Below are positions 22,357 to 31,848 of a stretch of 64,000 nt of DNA, one piece after another. The translations under genes and the position numbers were made by a program. The notes under the pieces were generated by a model. That model worked only from the letters and a program-made list of their open reading frames with translations, ran no database searches and had not been told where the DNA came from. The DNA comes from an uncultured Gammaproteobacteria bacterium (GTDB lineage: Bacteria > Patescibacteriota > Patescibacteriia > SG8-24): positions 110,720-174,719 of the forward strand of contig CAZBFO010000001.1 in the NCBI GenBank assembly GCA_964491475.1, read 5' to 3'. Position 1 is the first letter of the stretch. Every line of letters begins with the position of its first letter.

Positions 22357-22505
22357 GATGCCACCTCGCTTCCGGAAAGAACTGCGCCTTGAGGATACTC
22401 CCTGCCGCCAGTCTTGCCAAAGGCCCCCCTTTCTGTCACGGTCGGGCAGTCATGTTCCTTTTTATGTTTATGCGGCGTAATGCCGCGGAAACGACGAGGC
22501 CGGCA

Positions 22506-23402
22506 ATGCCTGCCGAGACGAGAAGCAAAACGGCATTCGACCGGTACCGAAACGACTTGTCCCGCTTCGCTCCGTTGGAGCGTCGAGAAGAACGCCGATT
22601 ACTGCGTGCCTATGCCGCAGGAGACCGTGCGGCCGGCGACCGCGTCGTGCTGGCGCATCTGCGCTTCGTCGTCGACGAGGCCAAGAAGTTCGTCGGCCGC
22701 GGCGTGCCCTTCGAGGACCTGGTGCAGGAAGGCAACATCGGACTGCTGCACGCCTTGGAAAGGTTTGACCTCGAAAAACGGTCGCGGCACGTCGGCAGGA
22801 GCTGTCGGTTCATCTCCTATGCCGCCTTTTGGGTGAAGGAGCGGCTGACAATGGCCGTCATCGAGAAGGGAAAGGTCGTCAAGGTTGAGCGCAAGGTGCA
22901 GCACAGGCTCGCCAAGCTGCGAAAGCTGGACCGCCTGTACGAAGCCGACTTGGGCCGCCCCGCCACCGTCGAGGAAGCGGCCGCGCACCTGGGGCTGACC
23001 GAGGCGGTGGCCAGACGCCTGCGGCTTGTCGAGACGTTCCGCAGCGTTTCGCTCGATCAGCCGTCGGGATCCGCAAGAAGCGCGGACGAGGAGTTCGCGC
23101 TGTACGCGGTGGTTCCTGCCGAACAGCCCGCAATCGACGAGCACTGCCACGAAAAACTGCGCGACGAACGTCGCCGGCGCGATCTCGCGGCCGCCATCGA
23201 GACGCTGGACCCGCGTGACGGCACGCTGCTGCGCGAGCGGCTGCTGCGAGAACCGGAAGACCGCAAGATGCACCGCCAGCTTGCCGCAGAGCTCGGGCTG
23301 TCGCGCTCGCGGGTGCAGCAGCTGGAAGAACTGCTCATGCGTCGGCTTCGGACGCTGATGAACGGCGTCCCGGATCGGGCGGAAAGGACGAAACGATGCT
23401 GA
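22506..23402 (+). CDS. Alternative sigma70-family factor (RpoH/RpoS-like, regions 1.2-4, no 1.1)
   Basis: HLRFVV, FEDLVQEGNIGL, FISYAAFWVK, SLDQP and LGLSRSRVQQLE; start uncertain. Confidence 0.85.
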   Translation: MPAETRSKTAFDRYRNDLSRFAPLERREERRLLRAYAAGDRAAGDRVVLAHLRFVVDEAKKFVGRGVPFEDLVQEGNIGLLHALERFDLEKRSRHVGRSCRFISYAAFWVKERLTMAVIEKGKVVKVERKVQHRLAKLRKLDRLYEADLGRPATVEEAAAHLGLTEAVARRLRLVETFRSVSLDQPSGSARSADEEFALYAVVPAEQPAIDEHCHEKLRDERRRRDLAAAIETLDPRDGTLLRERLLREPEDRKMHRQLAAELGLSRSRVQQLEELLMRRLRTLMNGVPDRAERTKRC

Positions 23403-23653
23403 CGGAAGAAGAGCGACTGCTTCTTGAGCACGAGCTGCAAAAACTGGAAAACAGCGAACTCAAGGCCCTGTACGTCCAGCTGGTGCAACAGCGGCTGGCA
23501 TTGGAAGACATCAACTCCCAATATCCTGCCACCAAGGCGTTCCTGCAGGCACGCGGGCTTACCAACGTGCGCCAGCTCGATGCCGATGGGCTGAAGGTGC
23601 TGGAGCAGCACCTGCGCGACACCTTGGCGGCGATTTTCAAGACCAGCTCCTGA
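23396..23653 (+). CDS. Hypothetical helical protein (85 aa), coupled to the sigma gene
   Basis: AAGGA SD; start overlaps the sigma stop codon. Confidence 0.65.
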   Translation: MLTEEERLLLEHELQKLENSELKALYVQLVQQRLALEDINSQYPATKAFLQARGLTNVRQLDADGLKVLEQHLRDTLAAIFKTSS

Positions 23654-23790
23654 TTACGTCCTCCGACAATATCGGAGGATTTTCTTTTCCCTTCGTATCC
23701 GCCCAATCTTGTCATTTTTAGCCTTTTCTGTAGGATGCCCGCACTGCTTTTTGCCCCCAGTCGGCAGGCCGCCAATAGACCCTCCCAGGA

Positions 23791-23819
23791 TTGACAAAAT
23801 GGTCATTTTCTGGTAGGCT
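23791..23819 (+). promoter_or_regulatory. Sigma70 promoter
   Basis: TTGACA-N17-TAGGCT. Confidence 0.65.
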
Positions 23820-23874
23820 CCAGAGTCGCCCGCCCGCAGCGGACGATTTTGTTTTGGCTAACTGTAGCGAAAAT

Positions 23875-24465
23875 ATGAGAATGACCTTCAAACGAACCTT
23901 GGCCGCAACCAATCTCGGCAGGATCGCATCGGCCCTTCTCACCTTGGTAATGGTGATTCAGCCGGTAAAAGTGACCGCCCAGACGGTTTCCGGCCTTGAA
24001 ATCGGCCCTGCCGCCACTGCGACGGCCGATGAAAACCCTCCGAGTACCGAGGGCGATGACCAGGCTTCCGAGCCTGTCGTGCCGCCCACAGCCCAGGAAA
24101 TTTTGCTGGATACCTGCAAAAACCGCGGCTACGGTGAGGGTTGCGCCAAGGCGCTGCTCGGCATGATGTGGAAAGAGTCCCGTAACTTGGCTACAGCCGT
24201 GGGCGACCACGGTGCAGCCCTGGGCTACTTCCAGATCCACTATCGCCTTCACAAAGTCACCCGCGCTTGCGCCACTGACCTGGCCTGCTCGGCCGAATGG
24301 ACCATCAAGTACATGGAACGGAACGGTTACCCCAAGTACGTGAAATATGCGGTCCAGTGCCATAACGGCTGCGGCATCAACAACGGTTACGCCCTCTCGG
24401 CGCTTCGCAACGGCGAACGCCTCTGGGACGAACCGATGACCATCGAGGTCGCCTTAGCCAAGTAA
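23875..24465 (+). CDS. Exported lysozyme/transglycosylase-like protein
   Basis: Signal/TM segment; MWKES...GDHGAALGYFQI SLT-like core; HNG motif; several Cys. Confidence 0.65.
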   Translation: MRMTFKRTLAATNLGRIASALLTLVMVIQPVKVTAQTVSGLEIGPAATATADENPPSTEGDDQASEPVVPPTAQEILLDTCKNRGYGEGCAKALLGMMWKESRNLATAVGDHGAALGYFQIHYRLHKVTRACATDLACSAEWTIKYMERNGYPKYVKYAVQCHNGCGINNGYALSALRNGERLWDEPMTIEVALAK

Positions 24466-24557
24466 GGCAGAAAAGGCCCCTTCCTCTCTCGAGCGGGGCC
24501 TTTTCATTTTCAAAAAATCCGCTATACTCCGCACAGCTCATTGCAAAGAGGTGAATA

Positions 24558-25505
24558 ATGATTTTGCGCGGCATAGATTTCGGCAAAGTGACGGACGCAT
24601 CCGGCGTCCGCGGCTTTTTCGGGGAGGGATATCCGCATCATCGTTGGTGGAAACCGTTCGGTCTGGACTTTGCCGGGTCGACCTTCGTGGCCAAGACCAC
24701 TACGCTGGATTCCCGCAGCGGCAACATGCCGCTGAACAAGGATCTCTCGCCCAAAGAAATGCTCCCCAAATGCGTGGTGGTGAAACCGCTGCGGGGAGTG
24801 GCCCTGAACGCCGTCGGTCTCTCTGGCCCGGGCGCGATGGCGCTCTTCAAGGACGGACGCTGGCAACGGCGGACCGACCCGTTCTTCCTGTCCTTCATGT
24901 CGGTGCAAGGCACTGCTCCGGAGAGGTTGAGAGAACTGAACGTCTTCGTCGAGCTGCTTCGGATGTATCTGCCGTATTTCCGGGCACCCGTCGGCCTGCA
25001 GATAAACTTTTCCTGCCCCAACGTCGGTTTGCATGCCGACAATCTGGCGGAAGAGGCAATGTCTGCGCTCACCTCGGCGTCCAAGTTGGGCATCCCGCTC
25101 ATGCCCAAGTTCAATGTCCTGCTGCCGCCGGATGCGGCAAAGAAGGTCAGCGAACACCGTGCCTGTGACGCCCTGTGCGTCTCTAACACCTTGCCGTGGG
25201 GCGCGTTGCCCGACACGGTCGACTGGGTAGGCCTGTTCGGCAGCGCCACTTCGCCGTTGGCGGCGATGGGCGGCGGAGGACTCTCCGGCAAGCCGCTTTT
25301 GCCGCTCACCGAGCTGTGGGTGCGCATGGCCCGCAGGCACGGCGTCACCAAGCCGATCAACGCCGGCGGCGGCATACTCTCTGCCGACGATGCCGCCAGG
25401 CTGCTGCGCGCTGGCGCCGATTCGGTGTTCATCGGCACGGCCGCGATCATCCGTCCGTGGCGCGTGCGAAGCATCATTCGTGCCGCCAAGCTCTTTCGTT
25501 CCTGA
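24558..25505 (+). CDS. Divergent dihydroorotate dehydrogenase-like FMN enzyme
   Basis: KTTT, LNAVGLSGPG, INFSCPN, SNT, GGLSGKPL and AGGGI. Confidence 0.75.
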   Translation: MILRGIDFGKVTDASGVRGFFGEGYPHHRWWKPFGLDFAGSTFVAKTTTLDSRSGNMPLNKDLSPKEMLPKCVVVKPLRGVALNAVGLSGPGAMALFKDGRWQRRTDPFFLSFMSVQGTAPERLRELNVFVELLRMYLPYFRAPVGLQINFSCPNVGLHADNLAEEAMSALTSASKLGIPLMPKFNVLLPPDAAKKVSEHRACDALCVSNTLPWGALPDTVDWVGLFGSATSPLAAMGGGGLSGKPLLPLTELWVRMARRHGVTKPINAGGGILSADDAARLLRAGADSVFIGTAAIIRPWRVRSIIRAAKLFRS

Positions 25506-25548
25506 CGACGGCGACCGCTTCCGGCGGTCGTTTTTCTTTTGCCGGGAT

Positions 25549-25573
25549 GTTACCCGAATCGGTCTCATTCGTT
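25549..25573 (+). promoter_or_regulatory. Putative ECF-sigma promoter
   Basis: GTTAC-N15-TCGTT, same boxes and spacing as at 26588. Confidence 0.6.
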
Positions 25574-25619
25574 GTATTATTATGATAAGAGCGATTTCTT
25601 TCGTTATCAGCGCATAGCT

Positions 25620-26585
25620 ATGACCCCCATCAAGAAAAGGCGCGTCATCATCGGTTCGGTTTCGGTCGCGGTCGTCCTGTTCGCAGCCGCCGCGGCATAT
25701 CATCTGCATCTCAAGCAGACCGCGAAAGGCGGCGTTTCGACGCTTTCGCTGCCCATCATGACGGCTCGAGGGTTCGTCGGGGCGGCCGCCTCCTCCGGCG
25801 AAGCCGCCTACGACAGCTACGACGACAACGTCGCCGTCAAATCGATGATCGCCCCGTCGCCGATGCCGCCGATCTATCAGAACGGGGGACAGACGGCCGC
25901 GGAAGTCGATCAGAAAATCATCAAGAACGGTTCGCTGCGGCTGACGGTCGACAGCGTCTCCGACTCGTTGGCGCAGATGGCGAATATCGCCAAGAAGTAC
26001 CAGGGTTTCGTGCAGGCTTCGTCTTCCTCGGAGCGCGGCGACGGCAAGCATGAGGGCTCCGTCGCCATTCGCGTGCCTTCCGACAGGTTCGAGTCGGCCA
26101 TGAGCGACGCCAAGAAGATTGCCCGCGTGGTCAACAACGAATACGTCTCCGGCCAGGACGTGACCGAGCAGTACTCGGACCTCGAGGCGCAGCTCCGCAA
26201 CGCCCAAGCCCAGGAAGCGGAATATCTGGTCATCCTCAAGAAGGCAGTCTCGGTTGAGGACATCCTCAAGGTGCAACAGCCGTTGGGACAGGTCCGCGGC
26301 GAAATAGAATCGCTGCAGGGCCGTCTGAAGTATTTGCAGAACGTCACCTCGCTTTCGAGCATCGACATCGCGCTGACCGAGGAGGCGAGCGTGTCCGTGC
26401 CCACCAAGGAGTTTCGCCCGCTGACCATCGTCAAGCAGGCCGCGCAGACGCTGGTGACGCTGGCGCAGGACATCGCCGCGGCGATCATCTGGATCGTCAT
26501 CGTCGGCGGCGGCATCGCCATTCCAATCATCGTACTGGTTCTGCTGGTGCTGGCCGCGCTGCGGCGGCGCGGCAAAAAGAAATAG
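25620..26585 (+). CDS. DUF4349-domain membrane protein
   Basis: KIIKNGSLRL, IRVPSDRFE, GQDVTEQYSDLEAQL and EIESLQGRLKYL; TM helices at both ends. Confidence 0.85.
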   Translation: MTPIKKRRVIIGSVSVAVVLFAAAAAYHLHLKQTAKGGVSTLSLPIMTARGFVGAAASSGEAAYDSYDDNVAVKSMIAPSPMPPIYQNGGQTAAEVDQKIIKNGSLRLTVDSVSDSLAQMANIAKKYQGFVQASSSSERGDGKHEGSVAIRVPSDRFESAMSDAKKIARVVNNEYVSGQDVTEQYSDLEAQLRNAQAQEAEYLVILKKAVSVEDILKVQQPLGQVRGEIESLQGRLKYLQNVTSLSSIDIALTEEASVSVPTKEFRPLTIVKQAAQTLVTLAQDIAAAIIWIVIVGGGIAIPIIVLVLLVLAALRRRGKKK

Positions 26586-26587
26586 CC

Positions 26588-26612
26588 GTTACTTCCGCCG
26601 CAAGGTCTCGTT
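26588..26612 (+). promoter_or_regulatory. Putative autoregulated ECF-sigma promoter
   Basis: GTTAC-N15-TCGTT, 57 nt upstream of the ECF sigma start. Confidence 0.6.
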
Positions 26613-26669
26613 TCACTAGGCGGAGGACGACCTGATCAGCCGGACTCGCCCACAGGTAATCGCCGTGCC

Positions 26670-27251
26670 ATGGCCAACGTGCAAGACGCAAAACTCGTCC
26701 GTGCCTGCCAAACGGGAGACGCCGACGCCTTCGGCCGGCTTTATGACGCCTACGTTCGGAAAATCTACGACTTCGTCTATTACCGCACGCATCACCGCGA
26801 AACCGCCGAAGACTTGACCAGCGACGTCTTCATGAAGGCCTTCGCCGGCCTGCGCGGGTTCGATCCGGACCAAGGCTCCTTCTCCTCCTGGCTGTACCGC
26901 ATCGCCAGGAACCGCGTCATCGACCATTACCGCACCGCCAAGCATGCCAAAGACGTCGAAGACATCGAGGACGTCTGGGACGTGCTGCGGAGCGGCGAAG
27001 ACGTCAACCGCGACGCAGAGACGCGCGAACTGCTGCGCGACGCCGAGAAGCTGGTGGCCCAGCTGCCAGCCGCCCAGCGCGACGTAGTCATCATGCGCGC
27101 TTGGGACCAGCTCTCCTACGCGGAGATTGCCGAAATCCTCGGCAAGTCCGAAGCCGCCTGCAAAATGAGCTTCTCGCGCGCGGTGGCCTCGCTGCGGCTG
27201 CAGGCGCCCCTAGCCCTGCTGCTGGCCATACTTCTTAATCCTTTGCGTTGA
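26670..27251 (+). CDS. ECF RNA polymerase sigma factor
   Basis: AFGRLYDAY, AEDLTSDVF, FSSWLYRIARN and LSYAEIAEILG. Confidence 0.93.
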   Translation: MANVQDAKLVRACQTGDADAFGRLYDAYVRKIYDFVYYRTHHRETAEDLTSDVFMKAFAGLRGFDPDQGSFSSWLYRIARNRVIDHYRTAKHAKDVEDIEDVWDVLRSGEDVNRDAETRELLRDAEKLVAQLPAAQRDVVIMRAWDQLSYAEIAEILGKSEAACKMSFSRAVASLRLQAPLALLLAILLNPLR

Positions 27252-27256
27252 CCGCC

Positions 27257-28846
27257 ATGCCTAGCAAAAACCAGATCGAGGAAATCCTCCGCGACTGCCT
27301 GGCCGCCGACCCGTCCTTGCGGGAACGCGAGGACGAGCTACGGCCGATCATCAAGGCACTGCTCGAATCCAAACCGGACACGCGCTTCAGCACGGAGTTC
27401 GCCGATCGGCTGCACGACGCCCTCGCAAACGAACGGCAGAAACGAAACGGCAAGATTCGAGTCACCCCTTCACCTTTCGGCGCTATGAAGCTCAAACCCA
27501 TCGCTTTCCCCATCGTCGGCAGCCTCGCGCTCGTGGCCGTCTTTGCCCTGCTCCTGGTGCAAAAGCCTCCGGGAGCCAAAACGTCGACGGTGGCCACGGT
27601 GCAGCAGCCCAAACCGCACGGCATGCAGATCGCCAAGGTCGCCGACGGCGCCTTCGGTCCGCTCGCCGCTACGACGGTTCAGGCAACCCGGCCGTTGATG
27701 GCTGACGGCTACGAGGAGGGCCGCAACGCGGCGGGCGCGGCACCCATGGCCGCACCTTCGGCCGCCATGGGCATGGACACGGCGGTCAGTGCTCATTCGC
27801 AAAATGGCGGAGGCGGTACGGCAAGTTCCTCCAAGATGGCCGCGATCATGCCCGTCCAGCAGCCGGTCAACTACCGCTACGTCTACAAGGGCGAGCTGCC
27901 GCCCATCGACGCCAAGATCGCGGTCTATCGCCACGTGAAGGGCCTGACCTCCGGAAACCTGCTGCCATCCTTCGGCAACATCACCGGCGGCTTGATGGAC
28001 GGTTCGCATTTTTCTTCGGGCGCCCTGCAGTCGCTGAATGTCGTCGAGGACCGAGACTACGGTTACGGCATCTTCCTGGACGCGACCGAGGGCGGCATCT
28101 CGATGAATCAGAACTGGCAGCGCTGGCCGCATCCCGAGAGCAAGTGCCGCGACGAGGCGTGCTACCAGCAGTACCAGCTGAAGCCCGACCAGATGCCGGC
28201 TGACGACGTGGTCATCGGCGTGGCCGAGGACTTCATCAAGGAGTACGGCATCGACCGTTCGGCGCTCGGCAAGCCGTCCATCAACAGCGATTGGCGCATC
28301 CGTCCGATGGGCGTTGCCGCGGACATGCCCTTGTACGTCCCCGACGTGGTCTCCGTATCGTATCCGTACCTTATCGACGGCAAGACCGTACAGGACGAAA
28401 GCGGCAACGTGAACGGCGTGACCGTCAACGTCGACGTCCGCGAGAAGAAGGTCGACGGGCTGTGGGGACTGCTGACCAACCGTTACGAGCAGTCGTCGTA
28501 TGATGCGGAGACGGACACGGCGCGGCTGCTCAAGTTCGTCTCGAACGGCGGCTTGTATCCCGTCTACGACGATTCGTCCGCAAAGACGGTCGAGATCGCG
28601 TTGGGCGAACCCGAAGTAGTGCTCGTCGCCTATTGGAAGGACAACGGCGACGGCACCGGCCAGAACCTGTATGTGCCCACCCTGCGCTTCACGGTGCAGA
28701 ATCCGCCGGCCGATCAGCCGTGGTTCCGCAAGGCCGTGACCGTACCGCTTTCCAAGGACCTGCTCGACCAGGCCGACAAGCAGGCGGCCGGCCAGGGCGG
28801 CGGCGTGCCGACTCCCGTCATGTACATGAAGGACGGCGTCAAATGA
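27257..28846 (+). CDS. Putative anti-sigma factor (short cytoplasmic domain, TM helix, large extracytoplasmic domain)
   Basis: Directly follows the ECF gene; single TM (IAFPIVGSLALVAVFALLLV). Confidence 0.62.
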   Translation: MPSKNQIEEILRDCLAADPSLREREDELRPIIKALLESKPDTRFSTEFADRLHDALANERQKRNGKIRVTPSPFGAMKLKPIAFPIVGSLALVAVFALLLVQKPPGAKTSTVATVQQPKPHGMQIAKVADGAFGPLAATTVQATRPLMADGYEEGRNAAGAAPMAAPSAAMGMDTAVSAHSQNGGGGTASSSKMAAIMPVQQPVNYRYVYKGELPPIDAKIAVYRHVKGLTSGNLLPSFGNITGGLMDGSHFSSGALQSLNVVEDRDYGYGIFLDATEGGISMNQNWQRWPHPESKCRDEACYQQYQLKPDQMPADDVVIGVAEDFIKEYGIDRSALGKPSINSDWRIRPMGVAADMPLYVPDVVSVSYPYLIDGKTVQDESGNVNGVTVNVDVREKKVDGLWGLLTNRYEQSSYDAETDTARLLKFVSNGGLYPVYDDSSAKTVEIALGEPEVVLVAYWKDNGDGTGQNLYVPTLRFTVQNPPADQPWFRKAVTVPLSKDLLDQADKQAAGQGGGVPTPVMYMKDGVK

Positions 28847-28944
28847 CCGCGAACCGCTTCAAGGGCCTCCGCACGGAGGCCTTTGTGCGTGCCGTTGTGC
28901 CGACTTCGGCGCTCGGCTACACTAGGCTCATCATCTTTTACCCT

Positions 28945-29688
28945 ATGGAATCAAAAGACCTCCGTTCAGCGCTGGTGGCGACAGCTTTGGTGCTGTCGCT
29001 GGGCCTGGTTGCGGCCACCGGCGTCGCCGCGACAGCCTTCTTCAAGGCCAAGACGCTCGGCAACGTCATCGAAGTCACCGGATCTGCCGACAGGACCATC
29101 ACCTCGGACGTGGTGAAGTGGTCCGGCCGGATTTCACGCACCGTCGGCGTCGACGGCCTCAAAGGCGGCAGCGCCGCAATCAAGGCCGACCTCGCGACGG
29201 TGACCGAGGCTCTGCATGCCGCCGGGGTGAAGGATGAGCAGCTGACGATCCGGCCGGTGAACGTCTTCCCCAACTACGCCGGCGACGCCAACGGCACCTC
29301 GCACATGACCGGCTACAGCATCGACCAGGGCTTCCTGGTCGAGTCGAACGACGTGAAGGGCATCACGGTCCTGTCGCATGACGTGGCCGACAAGATGCTG
29401 GCTTCCGGCGTGGTGTTCAGCACCGACGGCCTGGAGTACTACTATTCCAAGCTGGCCGAGCTGAAGCTGCAGATGCTTTCCGATGCCACCGCCAACGCCA
29501 AGGCGAGGGCGCAACGCATCGCGGAGAGCACCGGCGCGCGACTCGGCACCGTGCGCAGCGCGGGCATGGGCGTGTTCCAGGTCACGGCGGTCAATTCCGC
29601 CGAGATTTCGGACTATGGCGCTTATGATACCGGCGCCATCGAGAAGAAAGTCACTGCGGTCGCACGGACCACCTTCCAAATCAACTAA
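28945..29688 (+). CDS. SIMPL (DUF541) domain protein
   Basis: IEVTGSA, ATANAKARAQRIA and SAGMGVFQVT. Confidence 0.85.
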   Translation: MESKDLRSALVATALVLSLGLVAATGVAATAFFKAKTLGNVIEVTGSADRTITSDVVKWSGRISRTVGVDGLKGGSAAIKADLATVTEALHAAGVKDEQLTIRPVNVFPNYAGDANGTSHMTGYSIDQGFLVESNDVKGITVLSHDVADKMLASGVVFSTDGLEYYYSKLAELKLQMLSDATANAKARAQRIAESTGARLGTVRSAGMGVFQVTAVNSAEISDYGAYDTGAIEKKVTAVARTTFQIN

Positions 29689-29703
29689 CCAAAGGCACAG
29701 CTC

Positions 29704-30483
29704 ATGTCTCCATTGCACGCGGCCGTTCTCGGCGTCGTCGAGGGCCTGACGGAATTCTTGCCCGTCTCCTCGACCGGTCATCTCATCCTGGCATCGCACC
29801 TGCTGGGCGTCGGCCAGTCCGATTTCCAGAAGACCTTCGAAATCGTCATTCAGCTGGGCGCCATCATGGCGGTGGTGCTGTTGTACTGGAAGTCGCTTTT
29901 GGACATCGAGGTGCTCAAACGACTGGTCATCGGTTTCATCCCTACGGGAGTGATCGGTCTGGCCCTGTACAAGGTGGTCAAGCGCTACCTGTTGGCCAGC
30001 GAGACGCTGGTGCTCTGGTCGCTGGCCATCGGCGGCATCGTGCTCATCGCCTTCGAGCTGTGGCAGCGCAGGCGGGCATTCGCGCATGATGACAGGGAAG
30101 ACGTAAAACGCATCACCTACAAGCAGGCCTTCGTCATCGGCCTGTTTCAGTCCATCGCCATCATTCCCGGCGTGTCGCGCTCCGCCGCCACCATCGTCGG
30201 CGGCATGGTACAGGGCATCGACCGCAAGACCACGGTGAAGTTCTCCTTTCTGCTGGCCGTGCCGACGATGCTTGCCGCGACGGGACTGGACCTGCTCAAG
30301 AACGCCAAGAGTTTCGCCCATGCGGACGCAACGGCGCTGGCCATCGGGCTGGCGGTGTCGTTCATCGTTGCCCTCGGTGCCATTCGGTTCTTTCTGGCCT
30401 TCGTGCGCACGCGTACGTTCATGCCGTTCGGCATCTACCGGGTGGTTGCGGCCCTGGCCTTCTGGGGCCTGTTCCTGAGCTGA
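29704..30483 (+). CDS. uppP: Undecaprenyl-diphosphate phosphatase
   Basis: EGLTEFLPVSSTGH and PGVSRSAATI. Confidence 0.95.
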   Translation: MSPLHAAVLGVVEGLTEFLPVSSTGHLILASHLLGVGQSDFQKTFEIVIQLGAIMAVVLLYWKSLLDIEVLKRLVIGFIPTGVIGLALYKVVKRYLLASETLVLWSLAIGGIVLIAFELWQRRRAFAHDDREDVKRITYKQAFVIGLFQSIAIIPGVSRSAATIVGGMVQGIDRKTTVKFSFLLAVPTMLAATGLDLLKNAKSFAHADATALAIGLAVSFIVALGAIRFFLAFVRTRTFMPFGIYRVVAALAFWGLFLS

Positions 30484-30562
30484 TCATGCTGAAGATGACC
30501 GCCGCTTTCCGCGGCGGTTTTTCATTTGCGAAGGAAGCCGGGAAAAGCTAGGCTGGAAGCGT

Positions 30563-31720
30563 ATGAAGATGCGACATGCCGTGGCCTTCACGACCGCACC
30601 GACGGCCCTGCTGACCGGGCTGCTGTTGTCGGTGTTTTTGCGCGGGCAGCAGCCCAAGCCGGCGCCGCAGCCTCACGCGCGCGAGCTGCCGCTCGCCGCC
30701 CTGCTGCCGGCGACTCTCGCCGCCGAAAATCCGGACGCTTCGGCCGTTTCTACGGAAAAGACGGCAGCGAAGAAAACGACGTTGGTCGCGGTGGGCGACA
30801 TCATGCTGTCACGCAACGTCGGGGCGATCATCCGCAAGCGCAAGGACGTGCGCTATCCGTACGCCGACACGGCAGAACTCACCCGCGACGCCGACATCGC
30901 CTTTGCCAACTTGGAAACGTCGATTACTCCCGGAAGGCCGATCAACACTGGCGAGATGACGTTCCGCGCCGACCCGGACACGGTCGACGGGCTCGCCGAC
31001 GCCGGGTTCGACGTCGTTTCGCTGGCAAACAACCATACGCCCAACTTCGGTCAGAAAGGCCTGGCTGACACCTTCAAGCACCTGCATGACGCGGGGGTCG
31101 CCTACGCGGGGGCCGGCGAAGACTACGCAGCCGCGCATCTGCCCGCTGTCATCGAGCGCAACGGATTGCGCTTCGCCTTCCTTGCCTACAACGATCACGA
31201 CGTCGTGCCGGAGTCATACGCGGCCGCGGACGGCCATGCCGGCACCGCCATAATGAACGTCGACGCGGTGAAGGCGGCCGTGAAGGCGGCACGCGAAATC
31301 GCGGACGTGATCATCGTCTCGATGCATTCGGGGCACGAGTACACCTACGTTCCGGACGCATCGCAGACGGCGTTCGCCCGCGCGGCCATAGATGCCGGCG
31401 CGGACCTGGTCATCGGTCACCACGCGCATGTGGTGCAGGCAGTCGAGCAGTACGGGGGCAAGATGATTTTCTACGGATTGGGCAATTTCATCTTCGACCA
31501 GCAGTGGTCGATACCGACGCGCGAAGGCATGGCGATCCGCGTGACCTTTGAAGGCACCCGCGTGGCGGACGCGGAAGCGTTCCCCGTGTACATCACGGAT
31601 GCCAAGCCGTCATTTGCCGATGGCATGACGGCGGACGAGACCTTGAGGCGTCTTGGCATGCCCGCACAGAAAACCGAGAACGGTTATCGGCTGACGGCCT
31701 TCGAACTGCACGGACAGTGA
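30563..31720 (+). CDS. CapA/PGA_cap-family metallophosphoesterase
   Basis: VGDIM, ANLE, SLANNH, SMHSG, IGHHAHV and YGLGNFIFDQ. Confidence 0.9.
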   Translation: MKMRHAVAFTTAPTALLTGLLLSVFLRGQQPKPAPQPHARELPLAALLPATLAAENPDASAVSTEKTAAKKTTLVAVGDIMLSRNVGAIIRKRKDVRYPYADTAELTRDADIAFANLETSITPGRPINTGEMTFRADPDTVDGLADAGFDVVSLANNHTPNFGQKGLADTFKHLHDAGVAYAGAGEDYAAAHLPAVIERNGLRFAFLAYNDHDVVPESYAAADGHAGTAIMNVDAVKAAVKAAREIADVIIVSMHSGHEYTYVPDASQTAFARAAIDAGADLVIGHHAHVVQAVEQYGGKMIFYGLGNFIFDQQWSIPTREGMAIRVTFEGTRVADAEAFPVYITDAKPSFADGMTADETLRRLGMPAQKTENGYRLTAFELHGQ

Positions 31721-31848
31721 GCCGCGCGAAGCTTTGCGATGGAAGGTCGAAGGGACGCCCTTGTGAACGCCCTTTTTTTGTCGCACGGTCACACTCTGGC
31801 AAAACGCGCATTTTCCTGTATTCTTTGAGAAAAGCGCCGCCGAAACCT

